Below are positions 20,943-30,721 of a stretch of DNA of 64,000 bases, in pieces. The DNA is taken from NCBI GenBank assembly GCA_965140415.1, contig OZ223209.1, positions 448,001 to 512,000 on the forward strand, written 5' to 3'. The position numbers and the translations under genes are program-made. Under the pieces are notes generated by a model. That model ran no database searches, was not told where the DNA came from, and saw nothing but the letters and a program-made list of their open reading frames with translations. Within the stretch, counting starts at the first letter, position 1. Each line of letters starts with the position of its first letter. The DNA is from Myxococcota bacterium (GTDB taxonomy: Bacteria > Myxococcota_A > SURF-8).

Positions 20943-21620
20943 ATGCTTTCCACGAAAGGATTGTGGGCGTGTCTCGTATTGGCGTCGCTGGTGGTGGTAG
21001 GCTGTGACTCCTCGGACTGTGGCGACTGTATCGGGGATGGTGATAACGCGTTGTGCGAAGAAGGCGACAAGGGTTGCGACGATAGCTGGCGGACTGTCTG
21101 CATCGAGGGCGCCTTTGAACGCATCGAAGATTGCGATATCGTTAATGAAGCGTGCCAGGACGGCTTTTGCGTACCGTATGCTACCGATGGCGATGGCATT
21201 GCCGATGGAGACACGACCGATGGCGACAGCACCGTTGATGGCGATGTGGCGGACGGTGACAAGGTGGATGGCGATACTGTGGTCGACGGCGATAATCAGC
21301 CCGATGGCGACATGGAAAACGATGGCGATGTTGTGGTCGATGGTGATGTAACCGATGGTGATGTAACCGACGGCGACATGGATATGGTCGATGGAGATAG
21401 CCCAGTGGACGGCGATGCTCCCGATGGCGATATCATCGACGGAGATATCATCGATGGCGATATGGAAGCCGATGGCGATACACCAATTGATGGCGATGTC
21501 ATTGACGGAGACATGGACGGTGATGCAATCGACGGTGACAGTCCGGTAGATGGCGATGTGGACGGCGATTGCGATCTGGAAGATTGTGAAGCGGAAGGGG
21601 AAGTCGTAGCGGCGGAATAG
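20943..21620 (+). CDS. Cys-rich lipoprotein with long DGD-repeat tail
   Basis: RBS AAGGAG, lipobox VVGC, a Cys-rich module, then about 24 DGD units. Confidence 0.85.
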   Translation: MLSTKGLWACLVLASLVVVGCDSSDCGDCIGDGDNALCEEGDKGCDDSWRTVCIEGAFERIEDCDIVNEACQDGFCVPYATDGDGIADGDTTDGDSTVDGDVADGDKVDGDTVVDGDNQPDGDMENDGDVVVDGDVTDGDVTDGDMDMVDGDSPVDGDAPDGDIIDGDIIDGDMEADGDTPIDGDVIDGDMDGDAIDGDSPVDGDVDGDCDLEDCEAEGEVVAAE

Positions 21621-21656
21621 GATTGCCCGCTAAATCGCTTCTCTTTTAGTAAGTAT

Positions 21657-21700
21657 GAACGAGCCGAGTCGGTTAACCGCTCGGCTCGCTTCATTTTTGT
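21657..21700 (+). terminator. Intrinsic terminator
   Basis: GAGCCGAG...CTCGGCTC hairpin followed by a T-tract. Confidence 0.7.
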
Positions 21701-21715
21701 CTGTTCAGATTCGAC

Positions 21716-21830
21716 GGGTGGCATTGGCCAAGCGAAGAGAAACGGAGCTTGCCCATGTGGCTCCTTAACACGGGCAAGCCTGCGGCTTAGCCCGCGCCAC
21801 CCTAAAATCAGACAGGTTTGCAACTTCTTG
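21716..21830 (-). repeat. Dispersed palindromic repeat family A, copy 2 (115 bp)
   Basis: The reverse complement aligns without gaps to 10500-10614. Confidence 0.9.
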
Positions 21831-21946
21831 TGATGCACCCTGTTGGATCTGGAATACCTTATTTTACCACAATTCCTCTTGCCTTTTACTCCTATTTATG
21901 AGACACCACCAATCCTTGGTTCTCCCTTTTTGGTTAGGAAATAAGT

Positions 21947-23800
21947 ATGAGTCCCGCATCGAACACAAACGGAAGTCAAAAGCAGATACGCAATGTCGCC
22001 ATCATTGCTCACGTCGATCACGGTAAAACCACCCTGGTTGACCGTATGCTGGAGCAGTGCGGCACCTTGAAACGCAGCGAAGTCGGCATCGACCGCGCCA
22101 TGGATTCCAACAGCCTGGAACGCGAGCGCGGCATCACGATCTTGTCCAAATGCACGGCGATGGAATTTCGCGATCTGCACGTCAACGTAGTCGATACGCC
22201 CGGTCATGCGGATTTCGGCGGTGAAGTCGAACGCGTGATGCGCATGGTGGATTCGGTGCTGCTGTTGGTGGATGCCTTTGAAGGTCCGATGCCGCAAACG
22301 CGCTTCGTCACCCAGAAAGCGCTGGCGCGTGGATTGAAACCGATTCTGGTCATCAACAAAATCGACCGTGAAGGCGCAGACCCGGAAGGAGCCGTCAACG
22401 AAGTTTTCGATCTCTTCGTTTCGTTGGACGCCAACGACGAGCAACTGGATTTTCCCATCATCTACGCCTCGGCCAAGCAGGGATACGCCATCAATGAGTT
22501 GGATGACGAACCTAATGATTTGACTCCACTTTTCGAGCTGATCGCCAAAGAAGTACCGCCGCCGGAAGTCGAAGAGGGTGAAAGTCCGGCCATGCAGGTC
22601 TCCACTTTCGATCACGACGATTACCTGGGCGCAATGGCGACCGGGCGTGTGGTCAGTGGATGCTTTAAGCGTGGTGAAATGGTGCTGCTGGTTCATCGCG
22701 ACGGTTCCCACGAAGAATTCCGTATTACCCGTATTCTGGGTTTCCACGGTCTGCATCGCTTCGATATGGATGAAGCAATCGCGGGCAACATCGTTACCAT
22801 CACCGGCATGAGCGAACTGAATGTCGGTGAAACCATTACAAGTATCGAGAATCCCAGGATATTGCCGCTGCTGAAAATCGATGCACCTACCGTGTCGATG
22901 GCTTTTCGCGCCAACACCGGACCCTTTTCCGGTAAGGAAGGCAAGTATGTCACAAGCCAGAATCTGAAAGCGCGGCTGGAAAAGGAAATCCGCTCCAATG
23001 TGTCTCTGCGCGTGGAACCGACGGATCAGGCGGACACCTTTATCGTCAGTGGTCGCGGCGAGTTGCACCTGGCGGTGCTGATCGAAACGATGCGCCGCGA
23101 AGGGTACGAATTCATGGTGGCGCGTCCCGAAGTGGTGCTGCAATACGATGAAAACGGCCATAAGCAGGAGCCGTACGAGTCGCTGGTGGCGGATGTAGAC
23201 GCCGAGCATTCCGGTGTTGTGATCGATGCGCTTAACCGACGTGGCGGACGCATGCTGGGCATGCGCGAAATGCGTTCCGGGCGCACCCGGCTGGATTACG
23301 TCGTCCCCACGCGCGGCCTGATCGGCTACCGCTCGCAATTCATGACCGACACGCGCGGCATGGGCATTTTGAGCCACGTCTTTCTGGAATACGGCGAATT
23401 TCTGGGACCGATGCGCGGACGTCAGAACGGCGCTCTGGTCGTACAGGATACCTGCACGACGGTCACCTTCGGTCTGTGGAAATTGCAGGATCGCGGCGTC
23501 TTTTTCGTGACTGCCGGAGAAACGGTGTATGAAGGTCAGGTGATCGGCGAGCGCAATCGCAGCGGCGATATCGTCATCAATCCCGGGAAAGAGAAGAAAC
23601 TCACGAACATGCGCGCCTCCGCCTCCGATGAAAAAAACTGGCTCAAGCCGCATCGCGTCTTGTCGATTGAGGAAGCCATCGAATTCATCAACGATGACGA
23701 GTACGTGGAGTTCACGCCCGAATCCATCCGCATCCGCAAGCGCTATTTGGATTTCAACGACCGCAAGCGCCTGGAGCGCCGCGAAGCGAAAGAACAATAA
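21947..23800 (+). CDS. typA: Translational GTPase TypA/BipA
   Basis: [51 protein letters not shown], and the C-terminal KKLTNMRAS...[11 protein letters not shown]. Confidence 0.98.
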   Translation: MSPASNTNGSQKQIRNVAIIAHVDHGKTTLVDRMLEQCGTLKRSEVGIDRAMDSNSLERERGITILSKCTAMEFRDLHVNVVDTPGHADFGGEVERVMRMVDSVLLLVDAFEGPMPQTRFVTQKALARGLKPILVINKIDREGADPEGAVNEVFDLFVSLDANDEQLDFPIIYASAKQGYAINELDDEPNDLTPLFELIAKEVPPPEVEEGESPAMQVSTFDHDDYLGAMATGRVVSGCFKRGEMVLLVHRDGSHEEFRITRILGFHGLHRFDMDEAIAGNIVTITGMSELNVGETITSIENPRILPLLKIDAPTVSMAFRANTGPFSGKEGKYVTSQNLKARLEKEIRSNVSLRVEPTDQADTFIVSGRGELHLAVLIETMRREGYEFMVARPEVVLQYDENGHKQEPYESLVADVDAEHSGVVIDALNRRGGRMLGMREMRSGRTRLDYVVPTRGLIGYRSQFMTDTRGMGILSHVFLEYGEFLGPMRGRQNGALVVQDTCTTVTFGLWKLQDRGVFFVTAGETVYEGQVIGERNRSGDIVINPGKEKKLTNMRASASDEKNWLKPHRVLSIEEAIEFINDDEYVEFTPESIRIRKRYLDFNDRKRLERREAKEQ

Positions 23801-23861
23801 GTTTTAGAAATCGTTAGCAAGCAGTCTGCTGCCGGATGGCGTCCAATTTCCAACACCCGGT

Positions 23862-23890
23862 TTGACTCCCGTGGGTCTTTCTCCTATGAT
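23862..23890 (+). promoter_or_regulatory. Putative sigma70 promoter
   Basis: TTGACT-17 nt-TATGAT. Confidence 0.55.
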
Positions 23891-23969
23891 AGGCTCCGTT
23901 ACATTCGGTTCTTAGTTGATTTTAGCTGAGTTAGAGAAATTACTAGTCATCATTAGCGATATCTTCTTT

Positions 23970-24096
23970 TAGCGGCGAGGCGTAAGCCCGCCGTTTTCAA
24001 GATGTTTTTCGGTGGGCGGCATGGGCGAAGCGAAGGGAAACGGAGCTTGCCCATGTGCTTTTGAACACGGGCAGGCAGGCTCACGCCTCGCCGCTA
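23970..24096. repeat. Partial family A copy (24014-24073) bracketed by 23-bp inverted repeats
   Basis: TAGCGGCGAGGCGTAAGCCCGCC (23970-23992) matches the reverse complement of 24074-24096 with 2 mismatches. The interior matches the 3' half of family A. Confidence 0.8.
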
Positions 24097-24122
24097 CGAA
24101 TATCGAATCGCCTGTACTCGAA

Positions 24123-25922
24123 ATGAAAGCGCAAACGGTGCAGCACAACCGTGCCACAAAACGAAGATTGACGATCGGCTGGGCGTCGCTACTGGTGGCA
24201 CTGATGGCCCTGTGTGCGCATCTCCCCAATTTGTGGGGATATTTCTTTATCGACGATTTCTGGCATCTGGATAACTTGATCAGCGGCGACTACGTGTTCA
24301 GCTTGTGGCGCACCACGCGCGAGCAACTGGCGCACCTGTGGTTTATGAACGATTCCGTGTTTCCTGCCATGGGCGGGCTACAGGAAATTGTGCTTTATTT
24401 CCGCCCACTTTACGTCGTTTCGCTTTGGCTGGACTACCACCTGTTCGGCTTTTCTCCCTTTGGCTATCATCTGCACAGCTTGTTATGGCATGTGCTGAAC
24501 GCCGTATTGTTATTGCACTTGCTGCGCCGTTTTCGCTTTTCGCTGCACGCGGCGTTTATCGGCGCGTTGATCTTCGCCGTGCATCCACTGGCGATTGAAT
24601 CGGTTAACTGGATTTCCGCCCGCAGCGGGCCGATGGCTACCGCGTTTCTTTTAGCGGCGCTACATGCGTATTTGAAGTATCGCGAAAGCGGAAAGCGGGT
24701 ATTTGCGCTGTGGCACACGCTCTTTGCCGTGGCGGCCTTATTCTGTCATGAACATGCCATGGCCTATCCGTTTGCGTTAGTGGCTTATGAGTTCATCCGC
24801 TATTTCAGCGCCGGGAAAGCTGCCGGCACTCGTCCGGCCTTCAAGCTGCTCTGGCTGCCTCCTCTGCTGATTGGCCTGGGCTTATTGGCCTGGGAATCGA
24901 GCCAGATCGGTCCTGATACCTTTTCCATGAGCCGGGTCAACCTGGATACTTTTCTGCGCTGCGGACCTTTGCATGTGCTGGCCTACAATCTGTTGCAATA
25001 TGGAAAGCTGTTTTTGTGGGGCGGGGTAACGACCTCCTTCCACTTGCTGCCGTTGCCGTTGGGCTGGGCTTACGGTTATCTGATTTTCCCGCTGTTCGCT
25101 CTGGCCACGACAATCGGGATTTTTACCTTACGCAACAACATAAGATTACTGGGTTTATTCTTTGCGCTGGCTATGCTGACGGCGATTCTGTGGATGCCGC
25201 CGAATGGACGCTATCTTTATCCGGCAGCACCGGGTCTGTGTCTTTTGGCGGCGCTAGCCGTCGAAGCCATCGGACAACGAGTGCAGGGTTTACCGAAATA
25301 CGTGGCAACGACACTGTTGGCGCTGCTGCTGCTTTGGTGGGCGGGAGTCAGTTTCGGCTTTGCCTATTCCTCGCAGAAAACGCAGCAGCGAGTCGCTCAG
25401 GCGGTGGAACAGATTTCAGAGCAGGTGCAGGCGCGACCAAATCTGAAACGCCTGTTTTTAATGAACCTCTGGCCACCGATGGTCTGCGTGGATCGCCTGC
25501 TGCCTCGCCTGTTGGGACGACCGGAACTGCCGGTATATATTCTGACGTATTCCAGCAGTCTCTACGTACCGGAAACCTCGCCGCTATTGCAGCAACTGGG
25601 GAAAGCGATTTTCCCGGTCGAGGAGCGTTGGCGAGAACCGTTGCAGATCGAAACGCAAAAACTGGAAGAGAATATCTTTACCTTGAAATCCGAACCGGTC
25701 GGTTTTTTTGCCGGACCGGCGGCATTTGGCTGGGCGCTGGAAACCTTGCCGATGCCCAGCCGTAAATCGATCCGCATGCCCGATTTCAGCGTGCGCATCG
25801 GTTCGCGCAGTCCCCAGGGCGGCATCCGCAGCTTTTTAATTGAAACGGATCAACCGCTAAACGACCCCGGCAGTCTCTTCATGCAATGGCAGAATGGCCA
25901 CATGCAAATCTGGAAACCGTAG
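24123..25922 (+). CDS. Polytopic GT-C-fold glycosyltransferase-like protein (TMTC/PMT-like core)
   Basis: First-loop acidic motif FFIDDF, then YFRPL, GYHLHSLLWH and FAVHPLAIESVNWISAR, with many TM segments. Start moved past the repeat to ATG 24123. Confidence 0.75.
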   Translation: MKAQTVQHNRATKRRLTIGWASLLVALMALCAHLPNLWGYFFIDDFWHLDNLISGDYVFSLWRTTREQLAHLWFMNDSVFPAMGGLQEIVLYFRPLYVVSLWLDYHLFGFSPFGYHLHSLLWHVLNAVLLLHLLRRFRFSLHAAFIGALIFAVHPLAIESVNWISARSGPMATAFLLAALHAYLKYRESGKRVFALWHTLFAVAALFCHEHAMAYPFALVAYEFIRYFSAGKAAGTRPAFKLLWLPPLLIGLGLLAWESSQIGPDTFSMSRVNLDTFLRCGPLHVLAYNLLQYGKLFLWGGVTTSFHLLPLPLGWAYGYLIFPLFALATTIGIFTLRNNIRLLGLFFALAMLTAILWMPPNGRYLYPAAPGLCLLAALAVEAIGQRVQGLPKYVATTLLALLLLWWAGVSFGFAYSSQKTQQRVAQAVEQISEQVQARPNLKRLFLMNLWPPMVCVDRLLPRLLGRPELPVYILTYSSSLYVPETSPLLQQLGKAIFPVEERWREPLQIETQKLEENIFTLKSEPVGFFAGPAAFGWALETLPMPSRKSIRMPDFSVRIGSRSPQGGIRSFLIETDQPLNDPGSLFMQWQNGHMQIWKP

Positions 25923-26089
25923 CGTTATAAAGGTGGAACGTTTCAAGCGGGATTGCAATCCCGCTCGATCCTGATTCTCTCTTTTGTATATCTGTAACTG
26001 ACTGCAACTACAAAGAATTTTACTCATTCGGAATATCTGCATGGATAAACCTCCTCTTATCCAGCAAAGGGGGAGGAAGTGAGTGCAGC

Positions 26090-27100
26090 TTGAGAAAAAC
26101 ACGACAAATCGTTTCGCTTCTGCTCTTTTCGGCACTGGTCGCCTATGGTCTATTCGGTCTGATCGATAGGGACGGACTAGGACGCGCCCAGACAAAGGAA
26201 ACGACTACGAAAACAACGGAAAACAACACCATGAGTTGGAACAAACTAACACCTGCCGAAGAACGAGTAATCGTCCATAAGGGAACCGAAGCACCCTTCA
26301 GCGGCGAATTCGTCAATCATCACGAAGATGGCACCTACACTTGCCGACGTTGCAACGCGCCGCTGTTCGACAGCCACAGCAAGTTCGAATCCGGCTGTGG
26401 CTGGCCCAGCTTCGACGATGCCCTGCCCGGCGCGGTAAAAGAAGTTCCCGACGCCGATGGTCACCGGGTGGAGATTCTCTGCGCTAAATGTGGCGGGCAT
26501 CTGGGTCACGTCTTTCGCGGCGAGAGATTTACGGAAAAGAACACCCGGCACTGCGTCAACTCCCTGTCGATCGCATTTACGGAAGGAAACGAAATGAGCG
26601 ACGAAAAACAACAGATTGCAGACGCCTATTTTGCAGGCGGCTGTTTTTGGGGGGTGGAATACTACTTGGAAAAGGAACCCGGCGTACTTTCGGCGGTCAG
26701 TGGCTACATGGGTGGAACGCTGGACGATCCCGACTATGAAACCGTGTGTGGCGGAAAGACCGGACACGCCGAAACGGTGCGGGTGCGTTACGACCCGACT
26801 AAGACCGATTACGAAACGCTGGCCAAACTCTTTTTCGAAATCCACGATCCGAGCCAGGTAAACCGACAGGGACCGGATATCGGTTTGCAGTACCGCTCCG
26901 CCGTGTTTTATTCGACCGAAGCGGAAAAGACGATTCTTGAAAAGCTGATTGGCCAGCTACAGGCTCGCGGGCATAAGGTAGTAACACAGCTTGAAAAGGC
27001 GGGGCGTTTTTACGAGGCGGAAGCCTATCACCAGGATTACTACGAAAAAACCGGCAAGCAGCCTTATTGCCATGCCCGTACCAAACGCTTCGGAGATTAG
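26090..27100 (+). CDS. msrAB: Bifunctional methionine sulfoxide reductase MsrB-MsrA
   Basis: MsrB motifs (GTEAPF, KFESGCGWPSF, HLGHVF, RHCVNS) and MsrA motifs (AGGCFWG, GHAE, QYRSA, EAYHQDY). The hydrophobic leader depends on TTG 26090; ATG 26231 is the alternative start. Confidence 0.95.
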   Translation: MRKTRQIVSLLLFSALVAYGLFGLIDRDGLGRAQTKETTTKTTENNTMSWNKLTPAEERVIVHKGTEAPFSGEFVNHHEDGTYTCRRCNAPLFDSHSKFESGCGWPSFDDALPGAVKEVPDADGHRVEILCAKCGGHLGHVFRGERFTEKNTRHCVNSLSIAFTEGNEMSDEKQQIADAYFAGGCFWGVEYYLEKEPGVLSAVSGYMGGTLDDPDYETVCGGKTGHAETVRVRYDPTKTDYETLAKLFFEIHDPSQVNRQGPDIGLQYRSAVFYSTEAEKTILEKLIGQLQARGHKVVTQLEKAGRFYEAEAYHQDYYEKTGKQPYCHARTKRFGD

Positions 27101-27135
27101 ACGAGGTCTTCGTGATATTTAGCCACTGATTCTAT
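27098..27135 (+). repeat. Repeat family B, partial copy starting at the msrAB TAG stop
   Basis: TAGACGAGGTCTTCGTGATATTTAGCCACTGATTC matches the family B end TAGACTAGGTATTCGTCATATTCAGCCACTGATTC (minus strand at 44537). Confidence 0.7.
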
Positions 27136-27377
27136 CAATATGTGGAGCAGGTCAGCAGACGCTGCTCCAACACAAGGGTTAAGTCGACCTATGAATTAGC
27201 TGATCTGCTTGACAAGGACAACTCCAAACTGCGACACATCCTGAAACTCGCTGATCTCGATCCGGTTGGGGTTGAGAAGGCGATGCAACGCTAAGTCACA
27301 ACGCCTTCAAAAATAATCACATTCCATTGAAGTTAGAATATACTGAAAACTTCAGAATCGTCTCAGAAGATCACTGC

Positions 27378-30317
27378 CTAATCACACGCTTCCGGTTCCA
27401 GGCGAATCGCGCAACTAGCTGAACCATCTTCACTGGTGCATTGAATATCGATGCCGTTGATCGGCATGGACCTATACGTGAAGGTGCAACTGCCTTCCGT
27501 GTAACCGGGTAACGGCTCATCCGTTATCGCGCAATCCTCCACATCGGTCAGCAATTGCTTGGTGACACCCCCGTCCATCGTGCGATACACTTTGAATCCA
27601 CACGGATTGGCCGGATCGGGTTCTGCCAGGATCGATTGACGCATGATATCCTCACATAACAGTCCCGCTGCGTCTACCTCGCAGAACAGCCGATTGAACT
27701 GGCTGCAATCCCAGGCGCAGTGGACTTCTTCATCACCATCGGTGTCCCCGTCAATCACGTCTCCATCTACTACATCGCCATCGGTTGTGTCCCCATCAAT
27801 CACATCTCCGTCCACAATGTCACCGTCGATATCCCCATCCTCGTCGCCATCCACCTCACAACCGGCGGTGACGCTGAAAGTGGAATTGAAATTCGGTTCG
27901 CCGTCGTTGTTCGGATTCAGGGCATCGGGAACCCATGTGCCGTTGTACCAGAATTTGTAGGCGTAGTCGTCGCAGGGAACAAAGGTCGTTGCGGACCACA
28001 GAGTGGCCCCAACACGATTCATGATAAGTCCACGCTGGGGATCCCAGGTGATACCATTGAAATTTCCCACCACCTTGATCGGCTCAGGAACGGAATCTTC
28101 TGAAATGAAATGGAAAGTGACGGTATTGCCATCGATCACAGGTGAAACATTTGGCAGGCCGTCGTCAACGTCTCCATCCACATTGCCATCGGTGTCCCCG
28201 TCGATGACGACATCTCCATCGATGTCGCCATCGGTTACGATATCTCCATCCACATCACCATCCGGTGTACCGCTGGTCAAGTGTATGCAGTCCGGGTCAT
28301 CCATGTCGGTTTTTCCGTCACTATCGTTGTCAACGCCATCCTGGCAATGAAATTCCGGTTCGCAGATGAAGTCGCCGAAGCAATCGGGTTTCGAGCAATT
28401 TGTTCGGGCGCAGTCAATACAGGCTTGCGGAATATCCGGTCCTTCACGAACACAGTCGCTCACACAATGTTGCATAACACATCCGCCTATGCAACTGTTA
28501 CAACCATCTGATAGAACTTCGCGGCAGGCCAGTTCTCCTTCGCCAATAATGCAGTCAGCAAATAGATCAAGCCCGGCGATACCTTCCAGATCATCAAGGT
28601 TATTGCAATTGCCCGTTTCTGCTATCGCTGCAAAACAATCTCCCATGTCGTCGCAGTCTGTCATGCCGTCATCATCTTCATCGATACCGTCATTACACAC
28701 CAATTCGTTGTCGTAATCCACAGGTTCCAGATTGTCCTGGTTGCGCACACAACGCGCGTGCAACTGATCGAAATCGTCTCCCGCCATTCCCCACCAAGCG
28801 GCTCCGATGGAGGCATCACCATAATCTAGATACAAGCAGATGAATCCTCCAGGCACATCAGGGTTATCGAAACAGGTCGCAACTGCCAGTGGTCCGATCA
28901 GCCCGGTTTTCCAATAGGGACCGTTTACCGAGTCGCATCCATCACAATCAGTTTCGCAGTCATCGTCTACGCAGCCCTGGTTGTGAACGCCGCAAGCACC
29001 GTCCGGTTCGGACGCAGGGCAACCGACCACCAGCGAGCGCAGGCTGTCGATATATGGCGCTTCCCAGTCATCAAAACCGCCCCATTCCATTGCTTCGCAA
29101 TAATCGGTTGTCGATGTTCCATCGTCGCCCGGACTCACCGGTGAGAAATCCTCATACCAGCGGCTCGGGTTTTGCCACATAAGCCCGGTATCGGGATCGG
29201 TGAACACGATGTCGCAGGCATCACCAAAGCCGTTATCGTTCGTATCGTCCTGACCCTCGTTGGCGACAAACCAGCAGTTGTCGTCGGCATTGACGATGGT
29301 GTCGAAGTCGGAATCGAGGATGCGGTCGAGATCAGGCACCACGGCATTCGAACCAAGGGTATCGAAGCGCGCCTGGAGATTGGCTTTGATTATCGAAGGA
29401 ATAAGGGTTTCGCCAAGTACCAAAGGAAAACCTGGTTCACGTGGAAGCACCTGAGCATCGGCCAGTTCCTGAATACGGGCTTGTTCGAGTTCGCCATCGG
29501 GAGCCAGATCTGCCGAGATGCTGTTGATGATTTCCTGCAGGTTGGCGTCCATCGATCCCGACGTTCGTTTCGCAGCGGCGGTGACCAGGACGCTGCTGAC
29601 TGCGAACAGGTAAGCGTTCTCAATCGTATCGCCCCCCTGAAGCGTCAGTTCGATAGCCGGGTCGTCGAGGCTGAAATCCGGCGGCCCGATGGGTAAGGCG
29701 GCAACCAGTTCGTCTTCCGCTTGTGCGATTGCATCGGCGATATCCGTTCCACTCTGCACCAAGGTTTTTACACGGTTGTAGGTCAGGTGGGTTAGCAGAT
29801 TGAGGTGCGCGTTCTGCACACCGTCACTGACAATCTCGTAGTAGGCGCGTAAAGTGAGATTCGCGGATGAAAGCCCGCCGGTCAACTCATTGTAATAGAA
29901 GCCGCTACCCTCCAGCGAAACAAAACCGCTGGCCTCGAACTGAATGCTGAATTCGCCCATATCGTTGATGGTTTGGGTGGTGAACTGCTGGCCGCTGGGA
30001 TTACCCAATGCATCTACCGGTGAAATCGTAATACTTGATCCGAGTACGAACGGACCTTTTTCTACCGATCCGTTCAGCTGTACGATGCCGGGTGCCAGAT
30101 CCAGATCGCCATCGGTGGTGTCGCCGTCTGTTGTATCGCCATCGGTGGTATCGCCGTCGGTGGTATCGCCGTCAGTCGTATCGCCATCAGGCGTATCCCC
30201 ATCAGGCGCATCCCCATCGGTTTGGGAGGAATCGTCGTCGGAACCGCAGCTTGATAGCATAAGGGAAAACAGCACCAGCATCAGTAACAACAGAATTCTC
30301 ATTCGAGTCATAATCAT
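27378..30317 (-). CDS. Mosaic DGD-repeat surface lipoprotein (TSP3-like repeat, DUF1566-like, Cys-rich and CBM48-like modules)
   Basis: Lipobox LSSC, three DGD tracts, DSDFDTIVNADDNCW..N..Q.D...NGFGDACD, DPDTGLMWQ...ARCVR, and VVGNFN..W...YAYKF..NGTWVPDALNP. Confidence 0.8.
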   Translation of the reverse strand: MIMTRMRILLLLMLVLFSLMLSSCGSDDDSSQTDGDAPDGDTPDGDTTDGDTTDGDTTDGDTTDGDTTDGDLDLAPGIVQLNGSVEKGPFVLGSSITISPVDALGNPSGQQFTTQTINDMGEFSIQFEASGFVSLEGSGFYYNELTGGLSSANLTLRAYYEIVSDGVQNAHLNLLTHLTYNRVKTLVQSGTDIADAIAQAEDELVAALPIGPPDFSLDDPAIELTLQGGDTIENAYLFAVSSVLVTAAAKRTSGSMDANLQEIINSISADLAPDGELEQARIQELADAQVLPREPGFPLVLGETLIPSIIKANLQARFDTLGSNAVVPDLDRILDSDFDTIVNADDNCWFVANEGQDDTNDNGFGDACDIVFTDPDTGLMWQNPSRWYEDFSPVSPGDDGTSTTDYCEAMEWGGFDDWEAPYIDSLRSLVVGCPASEPDGACGVHNQGCVDDDCETDCDGCDSVNGPYWKTGLIGPLAVATCFDNPDVPGGFICLYLDYGDASIGAAWWGMAGDDFDQLHARCVRNQDNLEPVDYDNELVCNDGIDEDDDGMTDCDDMGDCFAAIAETGNCNNLDDLEGIAGLDLFADCIIGEGELACREVLSDGCNSCIGGCVMQHCVSDCVREGPDIPQACIDCARTNCSKPDCFGDFICEPEFHCQDGVDNDSDGKTDMDDPDCIHLTSGTPDGDVDGDIVTDGDIDGDVVIDGDTDGNVDGDVDDGLPNVSPVIDGNTVTFHFISEDSVPEPIKVVGNFNGITWDPQRGLIMNRVGATLWSATTFVPCDDYAYKFWYNGTWVPDALNPNNDGEPNFNSTFSVTAGCEVDGDEDGDIDGDIVDGDVIDGDTTDGDVVDGDVIDGDTDGDEEVHCAWDCSQFNRLFCEVDAAGLLCEDIMRQSILAEPDPANPCGFKVYRTMDGGVTKQLLTDVEDCAITDEPLPGYTEGSCTFTYRSMPINGIDIQCTSEDGSASCAIRLEPEACD
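30107..30220 (-). repeat. 15-bp tandem repeat encoding DGDTT
   Basis: Eight consecutive DGD units after the lipobox. Confidence 0.85.
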
Positions 30318-30588
30318 CTCCTGAGCTTCATTCGTAATATGGGTAACTTGAGCGCAACTCTACTCCTTATATTCTTCAATTTCAACCTTTTATCAGTCAC
30401 GGAATGAATGAAGGATACAGCTTCCCGGCAAGCAATTGTCGGTAATTGTTTGTATGCAAGCGTATCGCAAACAGGGAATATTGCAGGTATTTATGGGAAA
30501 TCTTCTAAGTTCCACCTGTTTCCCAAGACAATCGAAGGCGCGTTAACCTCTTGTTATCAAATAACAAATAATGATTTCTCGCGTTTTA

Positions 30589-30621
30589 TTAATCCTAATC
30601 TAACACAATCCTAACATGCAT
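30589..30621 (+). promoter_or_regulatory. Pho-box-like 11-bp direct repeats
   Basis: TAATC/TAACA/TAACA at 30590, 30601 and 30612, upstream of the porin-phosphatase operon. Confidence 0.5.
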
Positions 30622-30721
30622 TTTCTATTCACAAAGCATCCATCAGTAGCGACATGCTGCGGTGGAAGAGACTAGGAATGTTTTATTGCTGCAACTCGTG
30701 TTCGCAAAAAGGATGTGCAAG

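Noticed and set aside
20378-21838. Ser/Pro-rich antisense ORFs (also near 13001, 27643, 28003 and 29944)
   Set aside because: These are reverse-complement readings of DGD repeats (SPS), not real genes.
21896-23797. 633-aa antisense ORF over typA
   Set aside because: Codon-register shadow of a conserved, codon-biased gene, with no recognisable motifs.
24012-24122. N-terminal extension of the GT-C ORF, and the ORFs at 10027-10644, 10353-10607, 21296-21838 and 23969-24229
   Set aside because: Their shared peptide similarity comes from translating repeat family A.
25946-25965. Perfect 20-bp palindrome AGCGGGATTGCAATCCCGCT
   Set aside because: Single copy just after a stop codon. It is most simply a terminator-like or stability hairpin, with nothing further to support a claim.
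30107-30220. Short periodic repeats as a CRISPR array (also 21180-21570 and 43400-43510)
   Set aside because: They are in-frame coding repeats without unique spacers, and no cas genes are present.
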